Assembly (NCBI RefSeq): GCF_000275825.1
Contig: NZ_JH719942.1
Location: forward strand, 1,124,988-1,175,807
Source: Saprospira grandis DSM 2844
Lineage (GTDB): Bacteria; Bacteroidota; Bacteroidia; Chitinophagales; Saprospiraceae
Direction: 5' to 3'
Length of the DNA stretch: 50,820 nucleotides
A program made the translations under genes and the position numbers. The notes under the pieces were generated by a model. That model ran no database searches and was not told the origin of the DNA. It saw nothing but the letters and a program-made list of their open reading frames with translations. Positions 9,601-18,140 of this stretch are shown here, in pieces. How positions within the stretch are numbered: position 1 is the stretch's first letter; each line of letters starts with the position of its first letter.

Positions 9601-9851
9601 GCCTGCCGACGGCCCTTCCCTCTAGCATTCAATAAATCCTGTATGCTAAAATCCGTGCGAAAGCCCAAATCGGCCAAAGCATAACAAAGTTGCTCCAATA
9701 TCGTCACCCCAGGATCATGGGTGTTGTAATCGGTCCAAACTTTACCCGATAGTTCTTGCACCATCTGCAAGCCCTCTTCCTTCAAAAAGAAGAAGTCCAT
9801 ACTCTTGTGCGGCGGGGTTTCGCGGAAAATCTGAATTGGTTTCTGCGCCAT
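6693..9851 (-). CDS. Large conserved hypothetical protein (about 1050 aa), function unknown
   Basis: Long uninterrupted ORF with coding-like composition. It has no P-loop, no signal peptide and no catalytic motif I can recognise. The start is taken at MAQKPIQ (9851). Confidence 0.7.
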   Translation of the reverse strand: MAQKPIQIFRETPPHKSMDFFFLKEEGLQMVQELSGKVWTDYNTHDPGVTILEQLCYALADLGFRTDFSIQDLLNARGKGRRQALNNTFYDASEILPTNPVTIEDYRRLIIDRVNGVKNAWVEPVRDHLQGIKGLYRILLQVSDSARQPQRLQAIKREVYALFAAHRNLCEDLEAIEVLDVDKIIIYTDLDISSDVVAEEVLAEILFKLEEHLTPSIQYHTIDELLEEGYAIEEIFDGPVPVHGIIKKEDLKAMKREVYISKIIEIISDIEGVRRINYFRVEKDGFPVEGDVIRIAEKTYPVLDMDTIDARWKTDAYPIRFQRGSLNYDLDLNTASQLLYSLYARYKKGYQMKMLYNEKDYPSVLKEDDIKRYYSVQNTFPVTYGLSPFGLPNSVRPTRERLGMIKQLRGYLSFFEQMMANYLAQLGNVKKFFSLDSDLDRSYFSQLPENMPEMQYILKGKDNEARLKKLEETVAEFDPFVERRNRLLDHLLARFGERFTTDFLLKVSQYVGYDMSEGEAKSPEHELVNAKLEFLRNYVDISRNRSRGFNYMALYNVIYEQELEWAELFEPLIKQYKEEAERDLIRQQYKQLRENYPLRQHQRDAFSMALNYRDPADVAKEQTKKMLKDLDLPETLTEAIAETNLKFTKKMLELLETEVAGLERRVCLLLNLNQGGNESLVRIFDEETHLEEVDNFHDLIQLESPMLPEGYIDLDVELERLEKIEKGEDPGPAPERLPETLDYRSKFIFRAQDMDELIQDLLANGIFSYNYLALLEERDGEEIYSVYYKGNLDLGCVKIREYSSILAAQVELEKLIKFFARINHQTEGMHVVEHILLRPQAQDRHAFRLVNDQDRPLLESYEFGAFDEQRNLSNQLDLLASKKDNFIIETLEDGESYQVVLQEYNRKIARCPEIFYTQEGAKEQIDDIVAYVYSFKSGAIPLQSNIQFFLEERPNLDVRHDFYSLDMSIILPAWPSRFQNEDFQDLMHAVFTINAPAHININFYYLDINEMKAFEEKYFAWLEERNAVEAQQPELDNMAMEVVAELQKLEQN

Positions 9852-9933
9852 AGGTCTTATCAATCTAAACAGGGCTCTGCCCTTGGGGTTCTGTTCCGTT
9901 CTAAAATATCTTGCGGTAGTGTGTGCTTGTCTC

Positions 9934-10116
9934 CTATTTGTCTAGCTGCTGGGGAGGGGGCTCTGCATGCATCTGGGCATTGGCCTGCTCATGAATCTTT
10001 CCAATCAACTCATAAACCTCATTAAATGGCCGCTGGCCCAAGGCCTGCAATATCTTATTGATTTCTTGCATGTCTAGCTGCAATAGCAGGGGTTTCTCTT
10101 CTTTTGTCTTGCCCAT
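9934..10116 (-). CDS. Small hypothetical protein (about 60-82 aa) directly upstream of the 1056-aa gene
   Basis: Small ORF on the same strand, 70 nt upstream of the large gene, so possibly co-transcribed. The start is ambiguous (10116 or 10182). There are no recognisable motifs. Confidence 0.35.
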   Translation of the reverse strand: MGKTKEEKPLLLQLDMQEINKILQALGQRPFNEVYELIGKIHEQANAQMHAEPPPQQLDK

Positions 10117-10220
10117 CAGTCTCTTTTTTTGTAAAAGCCTAGCGAATTTAAGAAAAAAAGCGCTTTGTGCCAATTTATACAAATTTGATTACAGATATAC
10201 GGATTCTTTTCACCTTTTTA

Positions 10221-10390
10221 TTTTTTTGGGGCTGCCCCGCCCTGCAGGCGGGTCGGGCTGTCTCAGGGCTCGCAAGCCTGCTCGGCCCTTCGCAAAAAAG
10301 CTGCGCTTTTTTGCTCGGTCTGGCCCTGCGGGCCACCCTTGCCCATCCCTCAGCCATTAAAAGCTGGCTGCGCCAGCCCCGCCCCAACAA
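10221..10390 (+). repeat. Family A repeat, copy 5 (forward, CATCCCTCAGCC subtype)
   Basis: tttttttggggctgccccgccctgcaggcgggtcgggctg...ctcgcaagcctgctcggccc...ggtctggccctgcgggccacc. Confidence 0.8.
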
Positions 10391-10391
10391 A

Positions 10392-10430
10392 AAAAAGCCG
10401 CAGTTGAATACTCAACTGCGGCTTTTTGCG
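10392..10430. terminator. Bidirectional rho-independent terminator
   Basis: Hairpin gccgcagttga-atact-caactgcggc flanked by an A-run on one side and a T-run on the other. It lies 3' of the minus-strand Fe-S protein gene, whose stop is at 10445. Confidence 0.65.
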
Positions 10431-10444
10431 CCAATCCACTCCGC

Positions 10445-11818
10445 TTATTCTGCATTGTTGATCTCCATGGCCCATTTGTCCCGGTCATCCGGAGAAAAGG
10501 CCCAAGGCGCTCCATTGTTTTCTATGGTGTTAAACATACCGTTCCACTCTTCCGGAGAATCAGATTGCTCCAAAATGAGGTTGCGACGCAACTCAACAAT
10601 GATATCTAAAGGGTTAATCAAAACCGGACAAGCCTCTACACAAGCATTACAAGAGGTGCAAGCCCGCAATTCTTCTGTACTGATGTAGTCAAATAGGCTT
10701 TTACCATCGTCATAGTTCTCTACCGTCAATTTAGAGGTCTCCGATTTCTGCTCCTCATTGATGAACTCGGTCTTGTTGAGGTCCAAATTATGCCCCACCT
10801 CATCAGCACGATCCCGAACATCCATCATGATTTTACGTGGCGATAGTTTCTTGCCCGTCAAGTTGGCCGGACACATAGAAGTACAACGACCACATTCCGT
10901 ACAAGTATATGCACTCATGATCTGCTGACGATTAAGGTCAAAAACATCACTTACGCCAAATTTGGGAATCTCCTCCGATACAGGCGCATCAAAGGCAGCA
11001 TTGGGGTCCATCATAGAAGCTACTTCTTCCTGAACCTCTTTCATGTTGGCCATCTCCCCCTTTTTGTTCAATCTGGCCCAAAAAGTATTCGGAAAGGCAA
11101 AAATGATGTGCAAATGCTTGGAATAAGGCAAATAACCTAAAAAGGCAAAGACGATCAAAATGTGGCCCCACCAACCAATGCGCTCCAAAACATGTAGGGT
11201 TTCATTGCTTGCCCCCATTTCTTCCCAAAATGGAGAAATTAACCCACTGACCAAAAAGCCATATTCATTGCGATGAATGGCCATGTCTGTACTGTTCATC
11301 AAAAAGATGCAGAAAACCAAGATGATCTCCGCAAAGAGAATGAGGTTTGCATCCAATTTGGGCCAACCGTTCATCTCGGACTTAACAAAACGGGGCAGCT
11401 TGAGCAAGTTACGTCTGGCCAAAAAGGCAAAGGTTGCCACCAAAGCCATTACCGACAAGACCTCAATGAAGCTCACCAAGAAAGTATAAAAGCCACGGAG
11501 AAAGTCGCTGCCTTCCCACCAAGCCCAAAATAAACGATGCTGGCCCGTCAAGCCATCAATGACAATCTCAATGAGCTCGATTTGCGTAACTAAGAAAGCA
11601 AGGTATACACAAAGGTGCAGACCCGCCGCCAAAGGCCGCTTAAACATTTTTTGCTGGCCCAAGGCAACCATAATGGTATTGCGCCAACGCTCTGGACTAG
11701 GCTTGGCTTCCTCATCTACTTTACCCAGCTGTATATTGCGAACCACAAAGCTGTATTTTTTGTAGGAAAAGGCCGCCGTCCCTAGCAGTACTAAGGCAAA
11801 AAGGATAGGTCCTATCAT
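10445..11818 (-). CDS. Membrane-anchored (Fe-S)-binding protein (N-terminal polytopic membrane domain plus 2x[4Fe-4S] ferredoxin-like domain)
   Basis: There are several predicted TM helices in the first 240 aa or so. Two CxxCxxCxxxCP motifs are present (CTECGRCTSMCP; CTSCNACVEACP). Confidence 0.7.
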   Translation of the reverse strand: MIGPILFALVLLGTAAFSYKKYSFVVRNIQLGKVDEEAKPSPERWRNTIMVALGQQKMFKRPLAAGLHLCVYLAFLVTQIELIEIVIDGLTGQHRLFWAWWEGSDFLRGFYTFLVSFIEVLSVMALVATFAFLARRNLLKLPRFVKSEMNGWPKLDANLILFAEIILVFCIFLMNSTDMAIHRNEYGFLVSGLISPFWEEMGASNETLHVLERIGWWGHILIVFAFLGYLPYSKHLHIIFAFPNTFWARLNKKGEMANMKEVQEEVASMMDPNAAFDAPVSEEIPKFGVSDVFDLNRQQIMSAYTCTECGRCTSMCPANLTGKKLSPRKIMMDVRDRADEVGHNLDLNKTEFINEEQKSETSKLTVENYDDGKSLFDYISTEELRACTSCNACVEACPVLINPLDIIVELRRNLILEQSDSPEEWNGMFNTIENNGAPWAFSPDDRDKWAMEINNAE

Positions 11819-12019
11819 CTTAAACTATTATTTTAATTGATTAATGGTGTCAGTGATTTAGAGACTGCAGCTAAAACCAAATCTTGACTTTAGACAGTTT
11901 GCTCCAAAGACAAAATTAAATTTTTTATACTAATTTTATAATTCCCCTCTCAGAACTTTCTTCCGATTTGCTTATTTCTCTCCTCTAGCTTAACCAAAAG
12001 CGCCCTTTCTCCCCCCCTT

Positions 12020-12215
12020 GTGGCCCCGCCGTATTGGCCCAGCGCTGCGAAGGGGTGGCGCAAAGCGCCAGACCCAGGCGCTGAAAGCGCCGCAGGGCCG
12101 AGCAGACCTGCGAGCCCCGACAACAAGGACTTTAGTCCGCAGTTCGACGACCGAAGGGAGTAACCATAGCGGCGGCCGACCTAGGCAAAGCCTAGCCGGC
12201 CGCGGGCCCCAAAAC
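12020..12215 (-). repeat. Family A repeat, copy 6 (reverse; with module X)
   Basis: ggccgagcagacctgcgagccccgacaacaaggactttagtccgcagttcgacgaccgaagggagtaacc...gggccccaaaacc. It ends 10 nt before the protease start codon. Confidence 0.8.
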
Positions 12216-12224
12216 CATCTAATT

Positions 12225-14411
12225 ATGAAAGCGATTTATTTCCTTATTTTTCTGCTGCCTAGCGGCCTCTATGCTCAAAATACGAAGCTAAATATTGACC
12301 TTTTTCGCCTTTGGCAAGAGGGCGGAACCCAAAATGTGGAGCTGATCGTCCAGGGCGAGCCGCAAGCGATAAAAGAACTGGCCCAACAAACCGATAGCCA
12401 GTATAAATATGGCCTAAATGATTTGGCCGCCCTCTCTATTCCCTTGCAAAAACTGCCCATTTGGTGGGAACATCCCGCTATTCTGGGCCTGCAAGCCCAG
12501 CGCCTTAGCCCCCAGTATTTTTTTGAACAAGATAGCCTGATGCTGGCCAATAATAACGCCCGAGCCGCTCATGAAGGCTGGGGATTACCCCAATCTTTTA
12601 AGGGCCAAGGCGTGCTTGTCGGCATTATTGACGACGGCTACGAATGGCAGCATCCCGATTTCTGGCAGCCCAATGATAGCAGCAGCCGATTTCTCAGTAT
12701 TTGGGACCAAGATTATTTTTCGCCCAACTTTTTTATGGGCCAATATGGCTATGGCAGCTACTGGAATAAAGCCCAAATTGATTCGGGCCTGATCGCTCAC
12801 CCCCCAGGCGAACATGGCTCGCATGTGCTAGGTACCGCCGCCGGCAATGGCCTAGCCGCCCAAAAATATAAGGGCATTGCCCCCAAAGCCGAGCTGTTGG
12901 CCGTGGCCCTGAGCGAAGATGGACAGTTTTTGCCCCGCTTTGTGGATGCCGTCCACCATATTTTTCAAGAAGCTAAGCGATTGGGAAAAGCCTGCGCCAT
13001 TAACTCTAGTGTGGGGGCCTATTATGGCTCCCATGATGGTCAAGACTTGTATACGGCTATGATTGAAGCGATGCTAGAGGAGGAAAACGGTCGGGCTTTG
13101 ATTCAAGCAGGCGGCAATGCGCGGCAGGCAAAAATGCACTGGCAAAAGGCCCAAGCAGATAGCGGCTGTCTGGCCTTTTTGCCCCTCAATGGCCAACTAT
13201 TTCGCAGCTCGGCCTTTATTGATAGCAGCGACTGGCCACAGCTGCATTGGCAATTTGAGCTCAAGGGGAGTCAGGGACAAAGGCTGGTTCTTAGTCGCCC
13301 TTTTTCCCCTGCCGATCTGCCGCCGCATAGCCCCCTACCTGCCCAAAGAATAGACACTATATATATAGGTCCACAAGGGGCCCTGATTTTAGTACAATAT
13401 TTGGCCGAATGGCAGGGCTGCCTAGAGTGGTCCTTTCAGCTGCAGGGAAACAATTTGCAAAATCAGCAGCTTTTTTTGCATTGGAGCGGGGCGGGCAAGG
13501 TGGATATTTGGAGCCATGAGCGCAATATGGGCCTTTCGGATATTATTCTGCAGGCCAATGTTCCTCATTACATTGCGCCCGACAACCAACAAACCCTAGC
13601 CGCTTATTGGACCTGCTCGCCCAAGGTCATCACGGTGGCGGCCTACCAAAACCGAGACCAACTGCAGAATTATGCTGGCGATACGGTTTCTTTGGCCTAT
13701 GCGGGCTTTCCGATCTTTGGCATTGCCGATTTTTCTAGCCTCGGCCCTAGTCGAACGGGTCTACAAAAGCCCGATTTAACAGCCCCCGGGGGGCAGGTCC
13801 TTTCGGCAGGCAGCCTGGCCGCCCTACAAAACGCCAGAGCCAACAACTCCCCTTATTTGGACCAAGGCGGTTGGCATGTTTCGGCTAAAGGGACCTCTAT
13901 GGCGGCGCCTATGGTTACGGGGGCCGCTGCCCTCTATTTTCAATGCCAACCGCAGGCCAATTGGGCCGAACTCAAGGCCGCCCTGCTACAATCGGCCCGC
14001 AAAGATGCTTGGGTATATAGTGCTGGCGCTCCGCCCAATATAGATTGGGGAGCGGGTAAGTTAGATGTGCAGGCGCTTTTGCAAAACTGCCTAAAGCCTG
14101 GCTGTCTAGACAGCAACGCCCTCAACTTTATGCCCAACGCTTGGGTAGAAGACGGCTCTTGCTACTACCCTAGTTCCACAAATTATCTGGCCGAGCAAGG
14201 GCCAACGCTCTGGCCCAATCCCTTTAATGGCCAACTACAAATAGAATTGCCTCAGGCGGGCCAGCTTTGCTTTTATAATGTTTTGGGCCAAGAAATGGCT
14301 CGCTATATTTTGCCTGCTGGTCCAAAAACAATTTCTACCGAAGATTGGCCCAAGGGTAGCTACATCTGGAGATGGGAAGATGGACCAAGCGGAAAGCTCA
14401 TTAAGCAGTAA
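12225..14411 (+). CDS. Subtilisin-like S8 serine peptidase with T9SS C-terminal sorting domain
   Basis: Asp/His/Ser catalytic motifs are present (GIIDDGYEW; HGSHVLGTAAG; GTSMAAPMVTGAAAL). The signal peptide is MKAIYFLIFLLPSGLYAQ. The C-terminal region (about 70 aa) is of Por_Secre_tail type. The track ORF start at 12018 runs through a repeat element, so the start is set at 12225. Confidence 0.85.
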   Translation: MKAIYFLIFLLPSGLYAQNTKLNIDLFRLWQEGGTQNVELIVQGEPQAIKELAQQTDSQYKYGLNDLAALSIPLQKLPIWWEHPAILGLQAQRLSPQYFFEQDSLMLANNNARAAHEGWGLPQSFKGQGVLVGIIDDGYEWQHPDFWQPNDSSSRFLSIWDQDYFSPNFFMGQYGYGSYWNKAQIDSGLIAHPPGEHGSHVLGTAAGNGLAAQKYKGIAPKAELLAVALSEDGQFLPRFVDAVHHIFQEAKRLGKACAINSSVGAYYGSHDGQDLYTAMIEAMLEEENGRALIQAGGNARQAKMHWQKAQADSGCLAFLPLNGQLFRSSAFIDSSDWPQLHWQFELKGSQGQRLVLSRPFSPADLPPHSPLPAQRIDTIYIGPQGALILVQYLAEWQGCLEWSFQLQGNNLQNQQLFLHWSGAGKVDIWSHERNMGLSDIILQANVPHYIAPDNQQTLAAYWTCSPKVITVAAYQNRDQLQNYAGDTVSLAYAGFPIFGIADFSSLGPSRTGLQKPDLTAPGGQVLSAGSLAALQNARANNSPYLDQGGWHVSAKGTSMAAPMVTGAAALYFQCQPQANWAELKAALLQSARKDAWVYSAGAPPNIDWGAGKLDVQALLQNCLKPGCLDSNALNFMPNAWVEDGSCYYPSSTNYLAEQGPTLWPNPFNGQLQIELPQAGQLCFYNVLGQEMARYILPAGPKTISTEDWPKGSYIWRWEDGPSGKLIKQ

Positions 14412-14486
14412 ACAACGCTCAAAAAGGGGCATAAAAAAGGCCGCAGTTCCTTTTTAGGAACTGCGGCCAAGGTCTTGGCCAAGGAT

Positions 14487-15563
14487 TTAGGCGGGGGCCA
14501 AGCGTTTTTCGATATATTTAGAATTCATGATGCGGAGGATCGCCATATAATCGAGTTTAAACTCGATCAGGTCGCCAACGCCCAGTCCTTCCTCATTGCT
14601 TCCTAGGTCGATGACCACCATATCGGAGGAGGCGCCCAGCATTTTCTGTTTGGGGTCGGCCAATTGCAGATGGGCTTCATCTACATCTAGCAGGCCGAGG
14701 TCGATAATGGCGCGGACCGCTGTTTTTTGTCGAAGTTCATCTTTAAAGGTTACGGCTTCGCCCTTGAGATTAAGGCCCATCTTGCCATCGGGCACCAGGG
14801 GTTTTTCGTTCAGCTCGATAATTTGTGCATAAAGCTTAAACACATCTTGGTGCATCCGTTCGTAGGTCTGATTATTATAGACATCAGTTCCTAAATAAAG
14901 GGTTTCACCTACTCTAAAGTGGTTGATTCCTGCGGGCAGTAGATTCTGAAAAATGAGGGGGATCGTCACAGAGGAGCCGCCAGACACTAGGGGAATTTCT
15001 CGGTTAAACTTGGCCTCTACTAGTTGTTCATAGAGGCAAAGTTGGATCAATTTATCTTGGCTGGGCAAAACGCCATACATACAAGTGAGGTTGGTCCCAA
15101 TGCCCACCACTTGGATATTGGGCAATTTGAAGACCTGCTCATAAAAGTCCATAAATTCCTCTCGCATCACGCCCTCTCTAAGTTCGCCCATTTCGATCAT
15201 GATGATCACTTTATGCAATTTATTTTGGCGGGCGGCCTCTTCGGAGAGCAGGCGAATGCTTTCGATCTCCGTATTAAAGGAGATATCGGCATATTGGACA
15301 ATTTCGGGAATAATTTCTTGGGGGGGTGGCTTAATATAGATCGTCTCCACCTCTTCCGAGATAGATTTGATCATTTTGAGGTTGCTCAGGCGGGAGTCGC
15401 AGAGTTGTTTGGCGCCCAATTTAATGAGTTCCTCTAGGTAGAGGCGGTGGCCACAAAGCATTTTGGAGACCACGGCCCATTGGATATTTTTTTCTTGAAA
15501 AAGCTCCTCTAAGCGTTGGTAATTTTCGGCTAATTTTTGACTATCTAAGGTGATAAATGCCAT
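14487..15563 (-). CDS. Alanine-racemase-domain PLP enzyme (YhfX-like putative amino-acid racemase)
   Basis: An N-terminal alanine-racemase TIM-barrel-like region contains a candidate PLP lysine (AVVSKMLCGH). The family call is approximate. Confidence 0.6.
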   Translation of the reverse strand: MAFITLDSQKLAENYQRLEELFQEKNIQWAVVSKMLCGHRLYLEELIKLGAKQLCDSRLSNLKMIKSISEEVETIYIKPPPQEIIPEIVQYADISFNTEIESIRLLSEEAARQNKLHKVIIMIEMGELREGVMREEFMDFYEQVFKLPNIQVVGIGTNLTCMYGVLPSQDKLIQLCLYEQLVEAKFNREIPLVSGGSSVTIPLIFQNLLPAGINHFRVGETLYLGTDVYNNQTYERMHQDVFKLYAQIIELNEKPLVPDGKMGLNLKGEAVTFKDELRQKTAVRAIIDLGLLDVDEAHLQLADPKQKMLGASSDMVVIDLGSNEEGLGVGDLIEFKLDYMAILRIMNSKYIEKRLAPA

Positions 15564-15610
15564 TACAAATGGTTTACTGAAAAAATAGGTATGTATTTAT
15601 CTAGGAGGGT

Positions 15611-15765
15611 TTTGGGGCTGCCCCTGCGGCCTTCGGCCTGGGGTCGGGCTGTGTCGCAGCTCGCAGGTCTGCTCGGCCCTGCGGCGGCTTTGCCGCCTGG
15701 GTCTGGCCTGCGGCCACTGCTGTCCATCCCTCAGCCTGCGGCCCTTTGGGCCTGTAGGAGGCCGA
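15611..15765 (+). repeat. Family A repeat, copy 7 (forward, CATCCCTCAGCC subtype)
   Basis: Near-consensus copy: ttttggggctgcccctgcggccttcggcctggggtcgggctgtgtcgcagctcgcaggtctgctcggccctgcggcggctttgccgcctgggtctggcctgcggccac. Confidence 0.85.
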
Positions 15766-15770
15766 GAGGT

Positions 15771-16214
15771 TTATTTTTTCAGTCGCATTTCGAGATAAGG
15801 ATTAGTAAATCCTAATTTTTCATAAAGATGTTTGGCGGGATTATCTTTTTCTACATGCAGAGCGATATCTCCGGGGGTTTGCTCAATTGCTGCCTGCATT
15901 AGTTGTTTTCCTAGGCCTTTTCCTCTAAATTGCGCATCTACGGCAATATAGACCAGGATATTTTCGGGGATATAGCCCGTCATACCTGTGCGATTTAGCA
16001 CTGTAGCGCCGGCCAATTGTCCTTGATGATAGATGCTAAAAATCTGGCCCCCAGCGGCTTGTTTTGTCTGGCCTAGGGAATAATCCATAGCGGCAAGAAT
16101 TTGCTCTTTGGGGTCTCCGTATTGTTCTAGATGTTTAAATAAAAAGTTGGCTATTTCTTCTTTCTCCGTTTCAGTTGGTTGATTATCAGGAGAGTAAGAT
16201 TTGATCGTTGCCAT
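15771..16214 (-). CDS. GNAT family N-acetyltransferase
   Basis: Acetyl-CoA-binding motif A (VDAQFRGKGLGKQLMQAA); 147 aa. Confidence 0.8.
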   Translation of the reverse strand: MATIKSYSPDNQPTETEKEEIANFLFKHLEQYGDPKEQILAAMDYSLGQTKQAAGGQIFSIYHQGQLAGATVLNRTGMTGYIPENILVYIAVDAQFRGKGLGKQLMQAAIEQTPGDIALHVEKDNPAKHLYEKLGFTNPYLEMRLKK

Positions 16215-16250
16215 TTTGAAAATAAGTATTTGAAGATTAGAAAATTCAAA

Positions 16251-16275
16251 AACAATAACTGTATAGGTTATTGTT
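16251..16275. promoter_or_regulatory. Perfect 9-bp inverted repeat (aacaataac-N7-gttattgtt) in the divergent GNAT/Smr intergenic region
   Basis: Seen directly in the sequence. It lies in an AT-rich 250-bp region between the divergent starts at 16214 and 16634, and is a candidate operator. Confidence 0.3.
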
Positions 16276-16462
16276 TGTTTTCTACAAAGGTACGCTTTTC
16301 TGTCTGCAAAGCCAGTGAGCTAAAATACAGGGGCAGAAAAACAGTTGCCTTTAGGGGAGTTGAACTAAATTATTGTTCAATAAACAACTAATTGTCAAAC
16401 AGACAATTAAGCAAACAAGCAAAAGCTTAAAATATAATTTGGGTTAAATTTTCTTGAGTTTT

Positions 16463-16617
16463 GCAGGGCCGAAGGCCCGCAAAGGAGCGCAGCGACGCGG
16501 CTGAGGGATGGACAAGGGGGGCCGCAGGCCAGACCAAGGCGGCAAAGCCGCCGCAGGGCCGAGCAGACCTGCGAGCCCTGAAACAGCCCGACCCGCCTGA
16601 AAGGCGGGGCAGCCCCA
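16463..16617 (-). repeat. Family A repeat, copy 8 (reverse, CATCCCTCAGCC subtype)
   Basis: Reverse complement of the consensus. It ends gggcggggcagccccaacaaaaaaa, 17 nt before the Smr gene start. Confidence 0.85.
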
Positions 16618-16633
16618 ACAAAAAAATAAAAAG

Positions 16634-17731
16634 ATGAAAGCAGGAGAAATTATACGATTTATCTATTCGGGTCAGCGGGCCGAGATTTTGGAAGATTATT
16701 TAGATGGCAGCTACCGGGTGTGGTTGTTGGAGGAAGATGAGGAGAGTGTTGCCTTTGGGGATGATGTGGTGCCGGAGGCCCATTATACGGGTCCGCAGAT
16801 TTCTGATATTCAGCGGGAGTTTGGCAAAAAGAGGCCAAAAAAAGCACCCAAGGGCTTATCTACGGAAGAATTATTTTATACCAAGGAAGAGATTGACCTA
16901 CGAAAATCGGGGCGGCCATTGCCAAAAAAAGAGGCCCCTATTCCGGTTTATCAGGCCCCAAAAATTGAGGGCAAGGCGGCAGAAAACAAAGGGATTTACC
17001 TCGCGTTTTATCCTTATGCGCAGGGGCAGTACAGCATTTATTTGGTCAATGATACGCCTTATGGATTTAACTTTGAGTTTGAGTTGCGGATTTTGCAGGA
17101 GCGGGCGCAGGCGCTCAAGCAGCATATTGGGCCACATGATTACTTTCCGATTGCAGAATTTGCGCATGCCAACTTGAATGATTCGCCTCAGCTTATTTTG
17201 CGTTTGCCTATATTTGAGTTGGAGCACAGCTTTAAGCTCAAGTACAAGAAGTGGATCAAATTGCAGCAGCCTATACCTTTGTTGGGTTTGGAGCTAGAGG
17301 GTTATCCTTGCTTTAGTTTGGCGGAATTGGAAGCTCGCAGAGAGCAGCCCAAAACCAATTTAAAAAAGTACACCTTAGAACAGCGCAAAACGCAGATGCA
17401 CAAGGAAATACACCGTCGGTATTACAACAAGCAGGATGCGCAGCGACTGGCTCATTTTGATTCTCGTTTAGATTTGCACATTGAGCTAATTTTCCCAGAA
17501 GACTACAAAGACCTACAGCCCTTTGAGTGTTTAGAATTTCAGGTAGAGGCCTTAGAAGACTACCTTAACCAGGCCTTAGAGATTGGGTTTTCGGGGCAGT
17601 TAGAGATTATACATGGGGTGGGCAAGGGTCGTTTGATGAAAGAGACTCATCGGCGTTTGGACCTTTTGAAGCGCAAAAAGATGATTCGGGGCTATCAGTG
17701 TGAGGGCGGCAACACCTTTGTAAAATTCTAG
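16634..17731 (+). CDS. Smr-domain protein
   Basis: C-terminal Smr motif (LEIIHGVGKGRLMKETHRRL). The N-terminal 280 aa or so are unassigned. Confidence 0.65.
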   Translation: MKAGEIIRFIYSGQRAEILEDYLDGSYRVWLLEEDEESVAFGDDVVPEAHYTGPQISDIQREFGKKRPKKAPKGLSTEELFYTKEEIDLRKSGRPLPKKEAPIPVYQAPKIEGKAAENKGIYLAFYPYAQGQYSIYLVNDTPYGFNFEFELRILQERAQALKQHIGPHDYFPIAEFAHANLNDSPQLILRLPIFELEHSFKLKYKKWIKLQQPIPLLGLELEGYPCFSLAELEARREQPKTNLKKYTLEQRKTQMHKEIHRRYYNKQDAQRLAHFDSRLDLHIELIFPEDYKDLQPFECLEFQVEALEDYLNQALEIGFSGQLEIIHGVGKGRLMKETHRRLDLLKRKKMIRGYQCEGGNTFVKF

Positions 17732-17788
17732 GCAATTTAGAATCAGGAAATTGGGGCAGAAAAGTTTTTGAAATTAGAAAAATAAGCT

Positions 17789-17796
17789 TAAGTTTG
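17789..17796 (+). promoter_or_regulatory. Candidate Bacteroidota -7 promoter element (TAAGTTTG) upstream of rpmI
   Basis: It matches the TAnnTTTG consensus about 40 nt upstream of the rpmI ATG. A TTTG lies about 20 bp further upstream as a possible -33 element. Confidence 0.3.
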
Positions 17797-17836
17797 CAGT
17801 CGATTTTCAAAAATCTGTTTAAAAAAACGTATTACC

Positions 17837-18031
17837 ATGCCTAAAGTAAAAACGCATTCAGGTGCTAAAAAACGCTTTTCGGTGACGGGTAGCGGCAAGA
17901 TCAAGCGTCGTCGTAGTGGAAAGAGCCACATTTTGACAAAAATGTCAAAGAAGCGTAAGCTTCGTCTACGTCACGCAGGTCTTTGTGCTCCTGGCGATGC
18001 CAAGCGCGTGAAGAAGATGCTTAACATCTAG
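17837..18031 (+). CDS. rpmI: 50S ribosomal protein L35
   Basis: [14 protein letters not shown]... is the classic L35 N-terminus. Confidence 0.9.
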   Translation: MPKVKTHSGAKKRFSVTGSGKIKRRRSGKSHILTKMSKKRKLRLRHAGLCAPGDAKRVKKMLNI

Positions 18032-18140
18032 TATTAGCATCTCGGAACAATCAAGAGGCGCCTTAGTGGACAAGTTGTGGGTCCCTTCTCACCTGCACCC
18101 CAGGCCCTTATTTTATCTATCTATTTTAAACTATTAAGCT

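Noticed and set aside
16179-16391. 70-aa ORF in the GNAT/Smr divergent intergenic region
   Set aside because: It is extremely AT-rich and low-complexity, has no RBS and overlaps the GNAT start. The region is more plausibly regulatory.
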